From the NCBI GenBank assembly GCA_947623825.1, contig CANQHQ010000004.1, positions 1 to 58,095 of the forward strand: a stretch of DNA of 58,095 nucleotides. The letters run 5' to 3'. The DNA comes from an uncultured Bacilli bacterium. GTDB lineage: Bacteria > Bacillota_I > Bacilli_A > RF39 > UBA660. Position 1 is the stretch's first letter. The number at the start of each line of letters is the position of its first letter. The notes below the pieces were generated by a model. It did no database searches. It had not been told where the DNA came from and saw nothing but the letters and a program-made list of their open reading frames with translations. Both the position numbers and the translations under genes were made by a program. This document shows, in pieces, positions 57,858-58,095 of the stretch.

Positions 57858-57929
57858 AAAAACGTACCTTTATCAAGTACGTTTCTATTTTTACTCGAAA
57901 GTCCGAGTTCTCTATCCATCTGGTGCCAA
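57858..57929 (-). repeat. Copy B of the ~70-nt structured intergenic repeat
   Basis: Minus strand has an ACTCG/CGAGT hairpin, then AAACGTAC-N9-GTACGTTT followed by TTCTCTTATTTTT. Confidence 0.8.
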
Positions 57930-57994
57930 TGGAAAAGTTATCTACAACTTTTTATATTCACCACAAGAATCAATCAACATTTTTATTATGACAT

Positions 57995-58032
57995 AAATTC
58001 AAAAGAAAAGTAACCCTCTCGAGTTACTTTTC
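57995..58032 (-). terminator. Intrinsic terminator of a gene that starts beyond the right edge
   Basis: Minus strand GAAAAGTAAC-N8-GTTACTTTTC followed by TTTTGAATTT. Confidence 0.6.
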
Positions 58033-58095
58033 TTGCCCGAGGGATCCCGTACTTAACATACGATTAGAACATTCGCATATAAAATGCTTGGTTCG
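58024..58095 (-). CDS. Possible 3' end of a truncated CDS (...RTKHFICECSNRMLSTGSLGQEK*)
   Basis: An open frame from the window edge to the TAA at 58024-58026, which lies inside the terminator stem. Too short to identify. Confidence 0.3.
   Translation of the reverse strand, partial: RTKHFICECSNRMLSTGSLGQEK

Noticed and set aside
57797-57991. 64-aa plus-strand ORF spanning repeat copy B (considered as a possible type I toxin-like peptide)
   Set aside because: Copy A (52180-52247) has no equivalent ORF, so the conservation is at the nucleotide/structure level, not coding.
1-58095. tRNA, rRNA, CRISPR arrays, IS elements, integrases and prophage genes
   Set aside because: Reading both strands turned up no cloverleaf-like GC-rich segments, rRNA-like regions, regular repeat-spacer arrays or recombinase/transposase motifs.

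Overview
This is a 58-kb chromosomal segment from a low-GC Gram-positive bacterium. The spoVID/ysxE-like pair suggests a spore-forming Firmicute, and Erysipelotrichia/Clostridia-like is only a guess from gene content. Almost every gene is on the minus strand. I saw no rRNA, tRNA, CRISPR array, transposase or integrase.

Housekeeping blocks:
- 0.1-9.4 kb: O-methyltransferase, mltG, DUF1292, ruvX, ireB, rhomboid, rluD, lspA, and a T-box-controlled HD-protein/valS operon.
- 9.7-22.1 kb: ysxE-like, spoVID-like, lon, tig, a 760-aa surface protein, greA, dGTPase-like, ABC-F.
- 33.5-38.0 kb: GNAT, rmuC, two DedA/TVP38 proteins, PrsW.
- 42.9-47.1 kb: rimP-nusA-ylxR-infB-rbfA.
- 47.3-49.1 kb (plus strand): CPBP protease and a metallophosphoesterase.

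Accessory regions, most interesting first:
1. 22.4-33.4 kb: a four-gene operon encoding a membrane-anchored Ig-like protein, two giant secreted paralogues (1180 and 1934 aa) and an exported CxxC redox protein. The paralogues are built from an unassigned ~150-170-aa module ending in a VDxDG[DE]G motif. A G10 tract sits inside the -35/-10 spacer of the apparent promoter, so it is a candidate phase-variation switch.
2. 38.2-42.3 kb: a SipW-type signal peptidase with three TasA/camelysin-like proteins and a 531-aa GLUG-repeat protein. All four share a variant SipW-type leader, which suggests a fibre-plus-adhesin locus.
3. 52.3-57.5 kb: a very AT-rich cassette (C39-like peptidase, amidohydrolase-like protein, fused MacB-type ABC transporter, unknown protein) bracketed by two copies of a ~70-nt structured repeat.
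4. 49.1-52.0 kb: a MazG-like gene with three uncharacterised proteins.

All family assignments come from reading motifs in the supplied translations. No database search was run.
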